DNA from: a virus | DNA length: 64,000 bases | Strand: one strand, 5' to 3' | Virus record (IMG/VR): IMGVR_UViG_3300037339_000405 | Coordinates: 1 to 64,000 of that record | In this document: in pieces, positions 37,934-47,600 of the stretch | Position numbering within the stretch: the first letter of the stretch is position 1 | Layout of the letters: the number at the start of each line of letters is the position of its first letter | Position numbers and translations under genes: made by a program | Notes under the pieces: model-generated | The model's input: only the letters and a program-made list of their open reading frames with translations | What the model was told of the DNA's origin: nothing | Databases searched by the model: none

Positions 37934-38578
37934 TTAGCGCTTGTTGAACCAGACCAGAAGCAACTGATCCGTGCTGATGTCGGTCCCGGACTTCACACCG
38001 CCAGTCGCGTTTCCACCGCTAAGGACGGCCCCGGATACGGCAGTGGTGGTGGCAGATTCCGCAAGGGTAAACGCATTGCCACCGGTACCCTCGGCAACAG
38101 CCGTGATGGTAACAACCCCTGCAACCGCAGCCGCTCGTACCTGCTGGCTTCCGTCCCACGCCTCGACTTCGTTGACCACCGCAACAACATTGGCAGCAGT
38201 AGTATCTTCATCAGTGCCAAGGTTGATCTGCCGGGAACCCGGCGTGCGCACGGCAACAGCGGCGATGAACGTGTAGATTTTGGCATTGACCGTAATGGTC
38301 TCGGCAGCAATCGGGACCCCGGTAAACGTAATCGTGCCAGAGGCTCTCAGATCCACAATGGTCACGTCGGTAAGCAGAGCAAGAGTACCCGCCGTGTTAT
38401 GGACTGCAGCGATAACGGTATCTTCATCCCGAATCGCGGCCAAATCCATCTTGGTGGAAGCGGTGGCGCCCGCGAGAAGAGAGATCGTCAACCCCTGTTG
38501 TTCCACAAGGATCGCGCGCAAGAGCTTATCCAGCCCAGAGCCACCCTTGCCAAAATTGGAAGAAATCGTGGTCAGCAT
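37934..38578 (-). CDS. Virion structural protein (decoration/neck candidate)
   Basis: Ala/Thr/Gly-rich beta protein between the head-completion and tail tube genes. Confidence 0.55.
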   Translation of the reverse strand: MLTTISSNFGKGGSGLDKLLRAILVEQQGLTISLLAGATASTKMDLAAIRDEDTVIAAVHNTAGTLALLTDVTIVDLRASGTITFTGVPIAAETITVNAKIYTFIAAVAVRTPGSRQINLGTDEDTTAANVVAVVNEVEAWDGSQQVRAAAVAGVVTITAVAEGTGGNAFTLAESATTTAVSGAVLSGGNATGGVKSGTDISTDQLLLVWFNKR

Positions 38579-38608
38579 TTCAATGTCTCCATGTAAGTAG
38601 TCGCGGCT

Positions 38609-38947
38609 TTACTTGTCGGCGCGCGATTTGCCGAAGCGACTCAGAGTGTGTCTACGCTCGGAAGCGCCTTTCTCATTTAGATCCTTCTCTACTGCCACTT
38701 CAGCATCGTAAGAAGATTTGAAACTCACCTCTTTGCTCGGTTCCGGAGCAGTCTCTTTCACGGGGGTACCTTCAGGCACTGCAATCGAAGCGCGAATGGC
38801 CTTGAGGATCTCTCCCTTGGGTAAGGCAACCCCCCGCTCCACAAGCCACTTCGCCTTGTGCGCCGGAAGAACTAGAACCGATCCAGCGGAGCACAGCAGC
38901 CCCTTGTGGATGTGATCCCGTATGAGAGTGACTTCTACCTGCTGCAT
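38609..38947 (-). CDS. Hypothetical small head-tail region protein (likely start MQQVEV)
   Basis: GGAGGT RBS; 'V.L...H.H.G.....G....L....A.WL...GV' motif common in phage neck regions. Confidence 0.6.
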   Translation of the reverse strand: MQQVEVTLIRDHIHKGLLCSAGSVLVLPAHKAKWLVERGVALPKGEILKAIRASIAVPEGTPVKETAPEPSKEVSFKSSYDAEVAVEKDLNEKGASERRHTLSRFGKSRADK

Positions 38948-38990
38948 ATCACCTCCGATTCTAGGGCTCACAGCGCCTCCTAACAAGCTG

Positions 38991-39488
38991 CTATGAGTGA
39001 TAGCCGAAATAGGCCGAGTTGTCCTGACGCTTCACGGTGAGCATCATGGGTGTCAGCCAGCGCACCACGTGCACATGGTTGTTGCCCATATTGGGGGCGG
39101 GCACTTCACTGACGAAGCGCCATGGGTGCCCCGTGGGGGCTCTCTGTTCAAGCATCGCCAGCCGCAGCTGGTCCAGAATGTTGATAACCATGTTCTTGCG
39201 CTCGGCGCCAGCTATGGAATTGGTGTCGCTGATGACCGCTATGGCGACCTGTAGGCGGGCGCTGATGCCCTCGGGGCCACCCTGCCCACCTTGGATGAGA
39301 CCCTCGTAGAAGACGCCACAGCACGGTTTCTGGACCTGCACAGCGGCATCCAACAAATCCTTCTCGCTGTAGACATAAAACGTGCGGGTTTTGAACTGTG
39401 CAATTGACTGCATGCGCTCAATCACATGATCGAGACAAGACTGCACCACCGTCCCGGGCTCGACATTGAGAGGCACACTAGAGGGCAT
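38991..39488 (-). CDS. Tail terminator-like protein
   Basis: Assigned from position and size (165 aa) after the tail completion gene. Confidence 0.55.
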   Translation of the reverse strand: MPSSVPLNVEPGTVVQSCLDHVIERMQSIAQFKTRTFYVYSEKDLLDAAVQVQKPCCGVFYEGLIQGGQGGPEGISARLQVAIAVISDTNSIAGAERKNMVINILDQLRLAMLEQRAPTGHPWRFVSEVPAPNMGNNHVHVVRWLTPMMLTVKRQDNSAYFGYHS

Positions 39489-39924
39489 TCACAGCCTCCT
39501 TTATCCGCTTGTTGATCAGCTTTTCCACCAGCTGGCTATCAGCGTCGCTAACCCCCATGAATCGTCGCACTGGAAGAATGCTCGTGCCCTGCTGATGAAA
39601 GATCCCATAGGGCGTATCACTGAAGATTTGCATCTCGGCGTACTCACTGTCTCCCACCACTTCTGTCAGCTGGATAGAGCGGAACAGATCGCCAGTATCA
39701 AACAGCGTCCCAGTACCCCCCTGCTTTCTACGTTTTATAGCCGCTTCACTCGGGGGCCACGGCTCCTCATCCGGGTCCACCTCACGCAGAAACCGCGCTC
39801 TGATTCTGTCCAACAGCAGCGCCCCGGCTTCCTCCAATACCTTGCGGGGGTCAAACGCTTCAGACAAGCTCCCCAAGAGCTTGGTGACGGTGTTGTTGAC
39901 CGTTACCTTGACAGCTACAGTCAT
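39478..39924 (-). CDS. Phage virion morphogenesis / tail completion protein (Mu gpG-like)
   Basis: 'RF..E.DPD..PW.PS......L.DTG.L..SI...YG.FHQ.G...LP.RRFMG'. Confidence 0.85.
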   Translation of the reverse strand: MTVAVKVTVNNTVTKLLGSLSEAFDPRKVLEEAGALLLDRIRARFLREVDPDEEPWPPSEAAIKRRKQGGTGTLFDTGDLFRSIQLTEVVGDSEYAEMQIFSDTPYGIFHQQGTSILPVRRFMGVSDADSQLVEKLINKRIKEAVNAL

Positions 39925-40553
39925 CAGAGGCGCGGAAGAAATGCGAAGGGAATGTTGTTGCGCAGGTACGGGCGCACCACTTCAAACCCGTGTGCTTTGG
40001 ATTCATCCGTGAGAGGCTTGGCATCCGGCGCCCGGTTAGTGGTCTGCTGCGTGTTCAGCACCCCCGGCACATAGCTGAGCACCGCTTCCAGCAGCCAATC
40101 TGGAGGCACCTCGTCAACAAACTCCCCATCACCATCGCGCTCGAAACCGTAGTCATACGATACCTTGATCCACGCCTCATCATAGGTATCGGTAGGCAGC
40201 GTGATGATCCCTCGCACCGGGTCCACCTCGGCGTCTGCCAAGATATCCGTTACCACCCCCGCGCGCATGTCAACATAGTTTTCAGCCATCACGATGCTGA
40301 GTACCGGGTCTCCTCGCATGAAACCCATCTTCAAACGCAACCGGGCCAGCCCGCTGGGAAGCGTGTCCCAGAACTGGCTGACCCGGATATTGAAGACATC
40401 AACTGAACTACCTTTGGTGAACTGGGTATTCAGAACCCCTTCGTAGTACAGCTGAGAGCCCTTCATACCGCTCTCCATGCTGGCCTGCAAGTCAGGATTG
40501 GGAGGCATCCCCAACCGCTGGAAAATCTCGGGTCCCGTAAGCAGTTCAACCAT
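39924..40553 (-). CDS. Head-tail connector/adaptor protein
   Basis: 'GII.......IKVSY.YGF......P.WL.EAV' pattern and gene position. Confidence 0.65.
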   Translation of the reverse strand: MVELLTGPEIFQRLGMPPNPDLQASMESGMKGSQLYYEGVLNTQFTKGSSVDVFNIRVSQFWDTLPSGLARLRLKMGFMRGDPVLSIVMAENYVDMRAGVVTDILADAEVDPVRGIITLPTDTYDEAWIKVSYDYGFERDGDGEFVDEVPPDWLLEAVLSYVPGVLNTQQTTNRAPDAKPLTDESKAHGFEVVRPYLRNNIPFAFLPRL

Positions 40554-40566
40554 GGCCGCTGTCTCG

Positions 40567-41037
40567 TTACACCCCTACCGCGCGTCTGCGGGAGCTTACA
40601 GCCATCTTGCGCCCTGCACCACTCTCCGGAAGGCTTACAACCCCTTCGGGCTCCACATGCTCACGACGTTCAGCAGCCGATGAAACCTTGCGGCGTGGAT
40701 CGGCAACAGCCGTGTCGATTTCATCTTCACGAGCCTGCTGAGCATGTGTTTTCCCCTCAGCATCTTGGGCGCGGGGACCTTCACCCTCCGAGTTTCGCAA
40801 GGGGCGCTTCGCACGCTTGACATACACGCGGAAGATAGGCAGATCACGGTCATCCACCCGAGAAAGCAACGCTTCTGCTTCATCACGTGGACACTTGTAA
40901 ATCATGTCAGAGCGGTAAATCTTCGCGCTGGGGCCGATCCCCAGCATGTAGGTCTTCGCCTGAACAAGCTCAATCTGCATCTCATCCGCAACAGGTGTCG
41001 CAGCCTTGGCTACGCGCTTCACTACCATGGGGGTCAC
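40567..41037 (-). CDS. Hypothetical protein
   Basis: 156-aa ORF after the capsid terminator, with an AAGGAG RBS. Confidence 0.65.
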   Translation of the reverse strand: MTPMVVKRVAKAATPVADEMQIELVQAKTYMLGIGPSAKIYRSDMIYKCPRDEAEALLSRVDDRDLPIFRVYVKRAKRPLRNSEGEGPRAQDAEGKTHAQQAREDEIDTAVADPRRKVSSAAERREHVEPEGVVSLPESGAGRKMAVSSRRRAVGV

Positions 41038-41054
41038 TCCTTTGGGTCCAAAGT

Positions 41055-41084
41055 AAAAGGGCCACCGGGATCTCCGGTAGCCCT
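41055..41084 (-). terminator. Intrinsic terminator after the major capsid gene
   Basis: Minus strand reads AGGGCTACCGGAGATCCCGGTGGCCC-TTTT. Confidence 0.75.
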
Positions 41085-41124
41085 ACTACTCTAGCACAGC
41101 GTCTCCGCTGCGGGATGGCCCCGA

Positions 41125-42063
41125 TTACCCAGTAATGTTGATGTACTTCACAACCGCATCCTCTTCCTCGATCTGGAAGGCCACGCGCGCCGTCAGAACA
41201 ATGACAAACACCCGGGCACGGATATCCTTGTCGTACTCCAGTGTGATGCGGCGTTGGATACCCATGATCAGGTTGAGCGGGTTGGTGAAGAGCCCGGTAG
41301 TGCTCGGCATGAGCGGAACTCCGGACACCTGCGAGCCATACGCATACATCGGGGACGTGCCCTGCAGCATCGAGTCGCCCAGCGCCGTCTGGCGGTTCGC
41401 ATAGGTGTCACGGTACTCGGTCTCGTTGTCCACCGACACATAATGACTCAGGGCTGCCCGGTTACGCAGGTACTTGTCGGGCATCGCCTTCACGCCGGCC
41501 TTCAGCACATCCTTGCTGATCGTAGCAGCCGAAGCATCCACCACATGTGAAGTGGCCCGCTTCAGGAAGCCGTCCTGCAGAGCGATGTAGTCATCGCCAG
41601 ACAGGGTATCGCCTTTCAGGCCAAGCTCTTCCAGATCCAGCGAAGCGCGTTCAGCAAGCAGCGTGATGATGGTGTCCATCATGCCGCCGGCACTGGAACC
41701 CATCGAGGCATTGATGTTGCCACCCTCAACGTTGTCTTCCAGCACATCGTATGGAATCCACACCTCGGCGATCACCTCGGACGTGTTCAGCACGACTTGG
41801 CCAAGATCCGGCTTGACACGATCCCCGGGGTCAAGCGCAACAGCCGACACACCCGCACGCAGTACGCGCGAGCCAAAACCGATCTTGTTGATCTTGCGTT
41901 CGGGGGCGTTCATGGTCACCACCCGAATGCTGTTCAGCAGCGTTGGCGTATCAATGAGGGTCCTAACGAACCGGTCGGTTTGCTCCGGGTTCAGCAGGCC
42001 ACCATCTGCTACGAGATCAGCAAGCGCGATATCCGCTTTTCGGACGATCTCTTGATTGGTCAT
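41125..42063 (-). CDS. Major capsid protein (HK97 fold)
   Basis: 'GGLLNPEQ.DRF......P.LL..IR', 'KIGFGSR.LR', 'I.YDVLEDN.EG' and 'DLEEL...GD'; followed by a terminator. Confidence 0.92.
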   Translation of the reverse strand: MTNQEIVRKADIALADLVADGGLLNPEQTDRFVRTLIDTPTLLNSIRVVTMNAPERKINKIGFGSRVLRAGVSAVALDPGDRVKPDLGQVVLNTSEVIAEVWIPYDVLEDNVEGGNINASMGSSAGGMMDTIITLLAERASLDLEELGLKGDTLSGDDYIALQDGFLKRATSHVVDASAATISKDVLKAGVKAMPDKYLRNRAALSHYVSVDNETEYRDTYANRQTALGDSMLQGTSPMYAYGSQVSGVPLMPSTTGLFTNPLNLIMGIQRRITLEYDKDIRARVFVIVLTARVAFQIEEEDAVVKYINITG

Positions 42064-42096
42064 CTCAGGTCTCCTTAGTATCTCGGGTTAGTACGT

Positions 42097-43347
42097 TCAG
42101 CTGGCGAAGCCTTGCCGGCGCCGGAATGCCTCGCTCTGCTTAGTAGCAAAACGAGAGTTCTTGCGCACGTCATGGAGTGCGGTGTCAATTGCCCCACTGG
42201 AGAAATTGTCACCCTTTTCCACGCGCTGCTGCTGGCGGTCGTCAGCTGGAGCACCGCCGATCAGCTTGCCTTTCGCGGCGGCTTCAGCCTTGAGAGCCGT
42301 GTCCGTCGCTTCTTGCACCTTAGTAGCCAGTTCACCTTGAGACTTGACCACGCCATCCACCTTCTCCACAAGCCCGGTGATCTGGCCCGTCACCTGAGTG
42401 ACAAACCCCTGCAGCGCCTCGTTCATGACACCACGTGCCTGCTCAAGGATCTGTTTCATTGGGTCGGCCTCACTCTCTGAGGCTTTCTTCTTGGCAGCCG
42501 CCTCTTCCTCGGCCTTCTTGGCCGCTTCGGCTGCCGCCGCATCGTCTGCCACTTTCTTGGCAGCGGCTTCGTCAGCGGCCTTCTTCTTGTCGTCCTTCAT
42601 CACGACACACTTGCCGTCCATGAGTTCGTAACCCGGCTTGCAATTGCCGTCTTCGCCCATGTTCTTGTCCATCTCATCGGCCTTCATGATGGCACGGATG
42701 TCCCGATCCACCTTGAACGCCTTGGCGGGGATACCCTTCGCCATGCCCACCACGTAGTTGTGAAACTCGGTGAGTACCCCGTCAATCTTGGACACCGCGT
42801 CCTGCTGCGTCAGCGGATCGATGGTGTAGAGCACCGAAGAGATCGCATCGGCGAGCGCTTGCGAAGCCATGCTCAGCCCGGGGATGAAGCTCTGGGCTTT
42901 CACCAACTCGGTGAATGACCCGCCCTCCGGCCCCACTTGGTAAGGGCTAAACCCCTTGACCACCGCCAGCAGGCTGTCCGACATGCGAACCACGATGGCG
43001 TCCTTCACCTTCGAGAGATCCTCGTCAATCTGGCTGAAGACCACCGTGCCGTCTTCCATCTCCTGCGCCTTGTCCACCACGAAGCCACCGGCCACAATCT
43101 TGGCCTTGATTTCTTCCAGCTTGGCGGACTTCTCGACCACAAAAGCAAGAATCGAGGACGTAACAGCCTCGTCTGCCGCTTTCTTGGCGGCACGCATATT
43201 CAATCCGATTTTTCCGAGATCCAGCATGCCGTTCTCCGTGGATTGTTTGATGATACGAAAAGGGATGCGATTGGCACCCCGGTCCACCAGCGAAATGTGG
43301 GTCACATCGCAGTTGTCCAGCTTGTTTGCAACCAGTTGCAGTTTCAT
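42097..43347 (-). CDS. Capsid scaffolding protein
   Basis: 'ISLVDRGANRIPF.IIK' N-terminus and Ala/Lys/Glu-rich coiled coil; directly upstream of the capsid gene. Confidence 0.75.
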   Translation of the reverse strand: MKLQLVANKLDNCDVTHISLVDRGANRIPFRIIKQSTENGMLDLGKIGLNMRAAKKAADEAVTSSILAFVVEKSAKLEEIKAKIVAGGFVVDKAQEMEDGTVVFSQIDEDLSKVKDAIVVRMSDSLLAVVKGFSPYQVGPEGGSFTELVKAQSFIPGLSMASQALADAISSVLYTIDPLTQQDAVSKIDGVLTEFHNYVVGMAKGIPAKAFKVDRDIRAIMKADEMDKNMGEDGNCKPGYELMDGKCVVMKDDKKKAADEAAAKKVADDAAAAEAAKKAEEEAAAKKKASESEADPMKQILEQARGVMNEALQGFVTQVTGQITGLVEKVDGVVKSQGELATKVQEATDTALKAEAAAKGKLIGGAPADDRQQQRVEKGDNFSSGAIDTALHDVRKNSRFATKQSEAFRRRQGFAS

Positions 43348-43398
43348 AGGAGGGGAGTGTAGAGCCTCCCCAGCCTCCTAACAAGACGTGCAAAACCC

Positions 43399-43794
43399 TT
43401 ATCGCAAGAAACGAACATCTTCACCGGTCAACGCAAGCAGATGGCCACCAATACCCCGGACGAATAGACCTGATCCTTCATCAAATCCCACCTTCAAAGT
43501 CTTGGTCTTGCCCTTCAAAAAAGCCGTGATCTCTTTGCCTGACACCTCTACCGTGTTTCCCCCTTTGTCTTTAACCTGATACACAGTTGCATTGGTCTTC
43601 ATAGAAAAACGGGGAGTACCCACCACATAGTAGCCGCGCTTTCCAAGTTCTTTGGCGGCCTCCATAACAGTCAGCTTCTTGTGCGGCGGTACCGGTGGAA
43701 TGGACTCACTTCCACCACCCCCCTCATCAGTGTGCTGATTGCCCCGAAAAGGATGCCCGGGGGGCTCACCGCGCAAAATTTTCACGTAACTCAT
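43399..43794 (-). CDS. Hypothetical head-module protein with a GHPFRGNQ motif
   Basis: 131 aa, ATGA-coupled to the protease gene. Confidence 0.65.
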   Translation of the reverse strand: MSYVKILRGEPPGHPFRGNQHTDEGGGGSESIPPVPPHKKLTVMEAAKELGKRGYYVVGTPRFSMKTNATVYQVKDKGGNTVEVSGKEITAFLKGKTKTLKVGFDEGSGLFVRGIGGHLLALTGEDVRFLR

Positions 43795-44399
43795 GTGGAC
43801 TCCTCCATCTCAACCGCTTTAATACCCTCTATGTAGCTGAACCTGTGGGCGTGCTTGTCTTCGCCGGCTTCCTCGGTGGTGGTGCCGCGCTTGATCAGAT
43901 GGGCATGACCTTCCACCACATCCGTGCGCCCACCCAAGAACTTGCCGGCCTCGTCGTAAGCGACGAAGAAGCGGTGTTCATGGTTGTCGGACTTGCTCGT
44001 AGTGCCCTCAAGAATCGGAGGCAGTTCCATCTCGATGATCGTGGGAGCCCGAGTCACCAGCGCTTCCAGACTGAAGCCGTTGATCACGCCCTTCTTGATC
44101 TTGCCCCATACATCGTCATTGTTGACGTGCATGCCCACGACCCACGCACCTTCGATGAAATCCGGATCACCCTTGCGGGCAATGAAGGACTCCACGATAG
44201 AGGCACCTTCGACCAGCTTGTTGTCGTGCTGCATGTCGATTGAATCGACCCGCTTGTTGCGCAGGAACCCGTAGGCCATCTTGCGGATCGTCGCGGCGTT
44301 CATGAAATCCCCCTCGGTGTCGGGGATATCGGGTGCGTATACCTCAGCCCACACCATGCGCTGCTCGTCGTCCGCAGCCAGTTTTCTTTCGCGCGTCAT
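43791..44399 (-). CDS. XkdF-like prohead serine protease (likely start MTRERK at 44399)
   Basis: 'VWAEVYAPD..D..GD.M....I...AY.F.....D.QH...VES..A...D.DF..G.WV.......W..IK.G..NGFS.E'. Confidence 0.88.
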   Translation of the reverse strand: MTRERKLAADDEQRMVWAEVYAPDIPDTEGDFMNAATIRKMAYGFLRNKRVDSIDMQHDNKLVEGASIVESFIARKGDPDFIEGAWVVGMHVNNDDVWGKIKKGVINGFSLEALVTRAPTIIEMELPPILEGTTSKSDNHEHRFFVAYDEAGKFLGGRTDVVEGHAHLIKRGTTTEEAGEDKHAHRFSYIEGIKAVEMEEST

Positions 44400-44442
44400 G
44401 GGTTCCTGCAGTTGATTGCAAACGCCCAAATGGTATCGCTTC

Positions 44443-44625
44443 CTAACGAGGTGGGTCAATGCTCCTGATAGGAAGCTTTTGCATCTGTAACCATCCCTTG
44501 GCCTGAGAAATGGCGGCATCCCTCTCCGGAGTATGCGTCTGCTGCTTCAGCTTGGCTATGTAACGCCGTATCTGCTCAGCAGGGGAATACACGGACACTT
44601 CCGGGTCAATCAAGCTGGCGATCAT
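44443..44625 (-). CDS. Small protein downstream of the MuF polyprotein (possible immunity or accessory)
   Basis: 60 aa, ATGA-coupled to MuF, with a GGAGG RBS. Confidence 0.55.
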   Translation of the reverse strand: MIASLIDPEVSVYSPAEQIRRYIAKLKQQTHTPERDAAISQAKGWLQMQKLPIRSIDPPR

Positions 44626-47600
44626 GCGATAGCCTCCAAGGGCTCGTGAATCAAGAAGGACGGGTTTATGGGAGGCATCTGCAGGCTCTTCAACACATCA
44701 ATTCGTGCCTGCACTGCCTTCACATCGATCAACCCTTCCACCATAGCCACATCATGCAGGAAACCGGGTCCTGCCTTCTCCACCACATAATCAAGCAACC
44801 CGTACCGATGCATCACCTGATTCACGAAATGCGTATGAGCAACAGCTGCCACATTCTCATGCACCCTTCCAGCTTGCACAAACGGGCGTATCGCAGAATA
44901 AAATTCTGCCGCAGCTTTCTGGTACACATCCCGATAGAGAAGGTTAAATTCACGCATCGCATCGATATTACCCATGAATTCTTTCACCCTCCCGGCATAC
45001 GTCGTGCCTTCAGAAGTCAGCGCGAGCATCTTGTCAATGCCCCAATTGGAGGCCAGCAGCATGTCCATGTCACTCAAGCTCCTCCCCATCGGGTGATTGT
45101 GGTACACCGTGGTACCTGACAGGCGCGCGGCCTCCTCCATCGTGAAATCCACGTAAGATTTGGTGCCCCCCTTAGTCAGCACCTCTTCGCCAGACCGATT
45201 GAACGCATAGAGGTATTCGCGTTCCGCGCTATCGGGCTGGTTGAGCACGTACTTGGAAGCTGTCTCATGAGCTTGCTGTACCGCGCTACGCCCGGTAAGA
45301 GGAGGCGCGGAAGTAATCTGCTCTATGCCTAGATCCGTGTGCACCGGCTGCTTGATGCGATCTGGAAATGCGGCTTGAAAACTGGGAGTGTCTTCAATGT
45401 TTGGAACCTGCCCGAGCGGTACCAGCTGCCCCCTGCAAAACGGATGAAATGGGGGGATATGCCAATTGCGGGCCACCACTTCTTCTTCGGTCATGTTGCG
45501 CAGCTTCTCTACGTCACTGGCTCGCTGACTAGGCCACGACTGCAACGTGCGAAGCTCCTGCGGATCGTCCACCGAGAGCACTACGTCCAACGTGTTGCGC
45601 GCTGAGACCACCGTGAAGGTGCGTCCATGCATCGCACGGCACACCGGACAAATCTTGTTATCCAGCTGCTCGTTTATTGCGTAGCGTTCCACCCCGAGAA
45701 TCTCTGCCTCGGACGTGAACCCATACGCGGCCACGCGCGTAGTGTGCAGGGCGCTCACCATCTGCATGTAACCGCGCCCACCATCACGGAAGCTTACGAA
45801 AGGTTGGATCAAGCTCTTGGTAAGCTCTTTGCTTACACGCCGGAGATGCAGGGGGTAGCGCGGCTGCCCTTCTTCTTGCCATTCCGCGCGCCAAATCACC
45901 GTCTTTCTATCCAGTGTGCGCACGGTCTCTACCACATCCCCAGTCCACGCACGCCATTCCCCAAGAGAAGATACCTTGTACCCACGCGTGCCTTTCTTGG
46001 GAGACACTTGCAAAACCTTTATCTCTTGGCGCCCTATATTCTTGAGAGCTTCAGCATCCGTCATGAAGAACAACGGATCTAAAGCGCCCCCCGCATTCTC
46101 GCGCCCTGCGAGGAACCGTTGAACAAAACGCATGCGCGTTTCCGTCTGCTCTACTTCGGTAGCAGGCCGTGAATAGAAACCTTCCCCCTCGCTCTGCCAG
46201 CTACCACCCAGTTTCCCCGCAACAATCTTGGGATCAGTAGAGAACGGGGTGTCTTTGGGCCAGCGCTTGTCAAGTGGGCCGATAAACATCACTGTACGAT
46301 TACGTGTCGATGCATCTAATTCCAATGGGATGCCGCGTTTTGAAACAGCGCCTCCCCAGATCCTAGTGATGAAATCCATGTAAGGCTGTTTGGCCTCTTC
46401 GCCCAAAGTGGCTTTGCCGATCAAGTCTTCTAGGCTCACTTTCTCGTTGAGAACATCGTGCATCAACAGCATCGCATTCTCGATTGCAACAGCCGTGCCC
46501 TTGTCTTCAGTGAAGCTGATAGTGTCCGAAGTCCCCCCACCTAGCCCGCGTCCAAGACCCTGACCTAGCTCCTCGCGCGTCTTTAGCCCGTGCTCCATGA
46601 CAGCAGAGACTGCCGTAGTAACGTGGTACAACTCATCGGGCAGGTTTTCTAGCTTCTCAGCCCCCGACAGGTTTGCCTGCAGAAAAAACCCCTGCTTCGC
46701 TGCGCTCTCCGGAGTTATGGTACCCATGGCAAGCGCTCTCATCATCTGCGCATCCCACGCACGCTCCTTCACGCGCTTCTTGTCAAAGAGTTCATGCACA
46801 GCCTCTGCGCTACCTAACCTTTCCACTATCTGATCGTAGTTCAAGCCCGCGACACCAGCATCTTCCATCATACTAGCGTCAAACCGCTCTCGTTTACCTT
46901 CCGGCGGCTCATTGCTGCGCGCCCACTGACCCCCCTCCGAAGTACCTGCAGGACTACGCGGCTGGTCGGGATCGTATTTTGTAGTGGCTCTACCCCTTGA
47001 AAACACCACATCGGAAGCCCGCCATACAAAGCGCTGCCCGATCCTTTTACTCGGTGCGGCTGATTTCAATGCACGCTGCTCCTGAGAAACTATCTCAAGC
47101 ATCACCATTTTGCGCTTGATGATCTCGTCCTCAGTAACCCGCATGCTCACGGGTACATCCTCCTGCACGGACAACACCCTGAACTTTGTCCCACGTGCAA
47201 GGATGAACTCATTCTCTGTGCCAGCGCCCGTGCCCAACCCTTTGTAACCTGCGGGCACAATAATACGGGCAACCACTTCTCCCGGAGTAAATGCGAAGTC
47301 CGCTGCCTTGCTAGAAGAAAGACTAGTGGAGGTGAAGCCGTTGTCTACAAACTCATCTCCCGCAGCAACTGCCTTCGCAAGCGGACCCCCCATGCCACGG
47401 TACACGGCAAGAGACTCTTTAAGAGGGGGTGCGCCTTCTATCGCCTTGTCTAAGGCCGCAACGTGCTCTTTGGTATAGCTCAAAGTTTCCTCTGACCCTA
47501 ATCCACTTCTCAAATACTCGTTAATCACTCTGTAACCAATGCCAGTGTAGTTGCCCAGAGCAATACCTTGTGCTGCTGGCAAGTTGGCTGTGTAGTCTCC

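Noticed and set aside
37934-38578. Contractile tail sheath
   Set aside because: At 214 aa it is too short, and no baseplate wedge or sheath genes are evident. The tail looks non-contractile.
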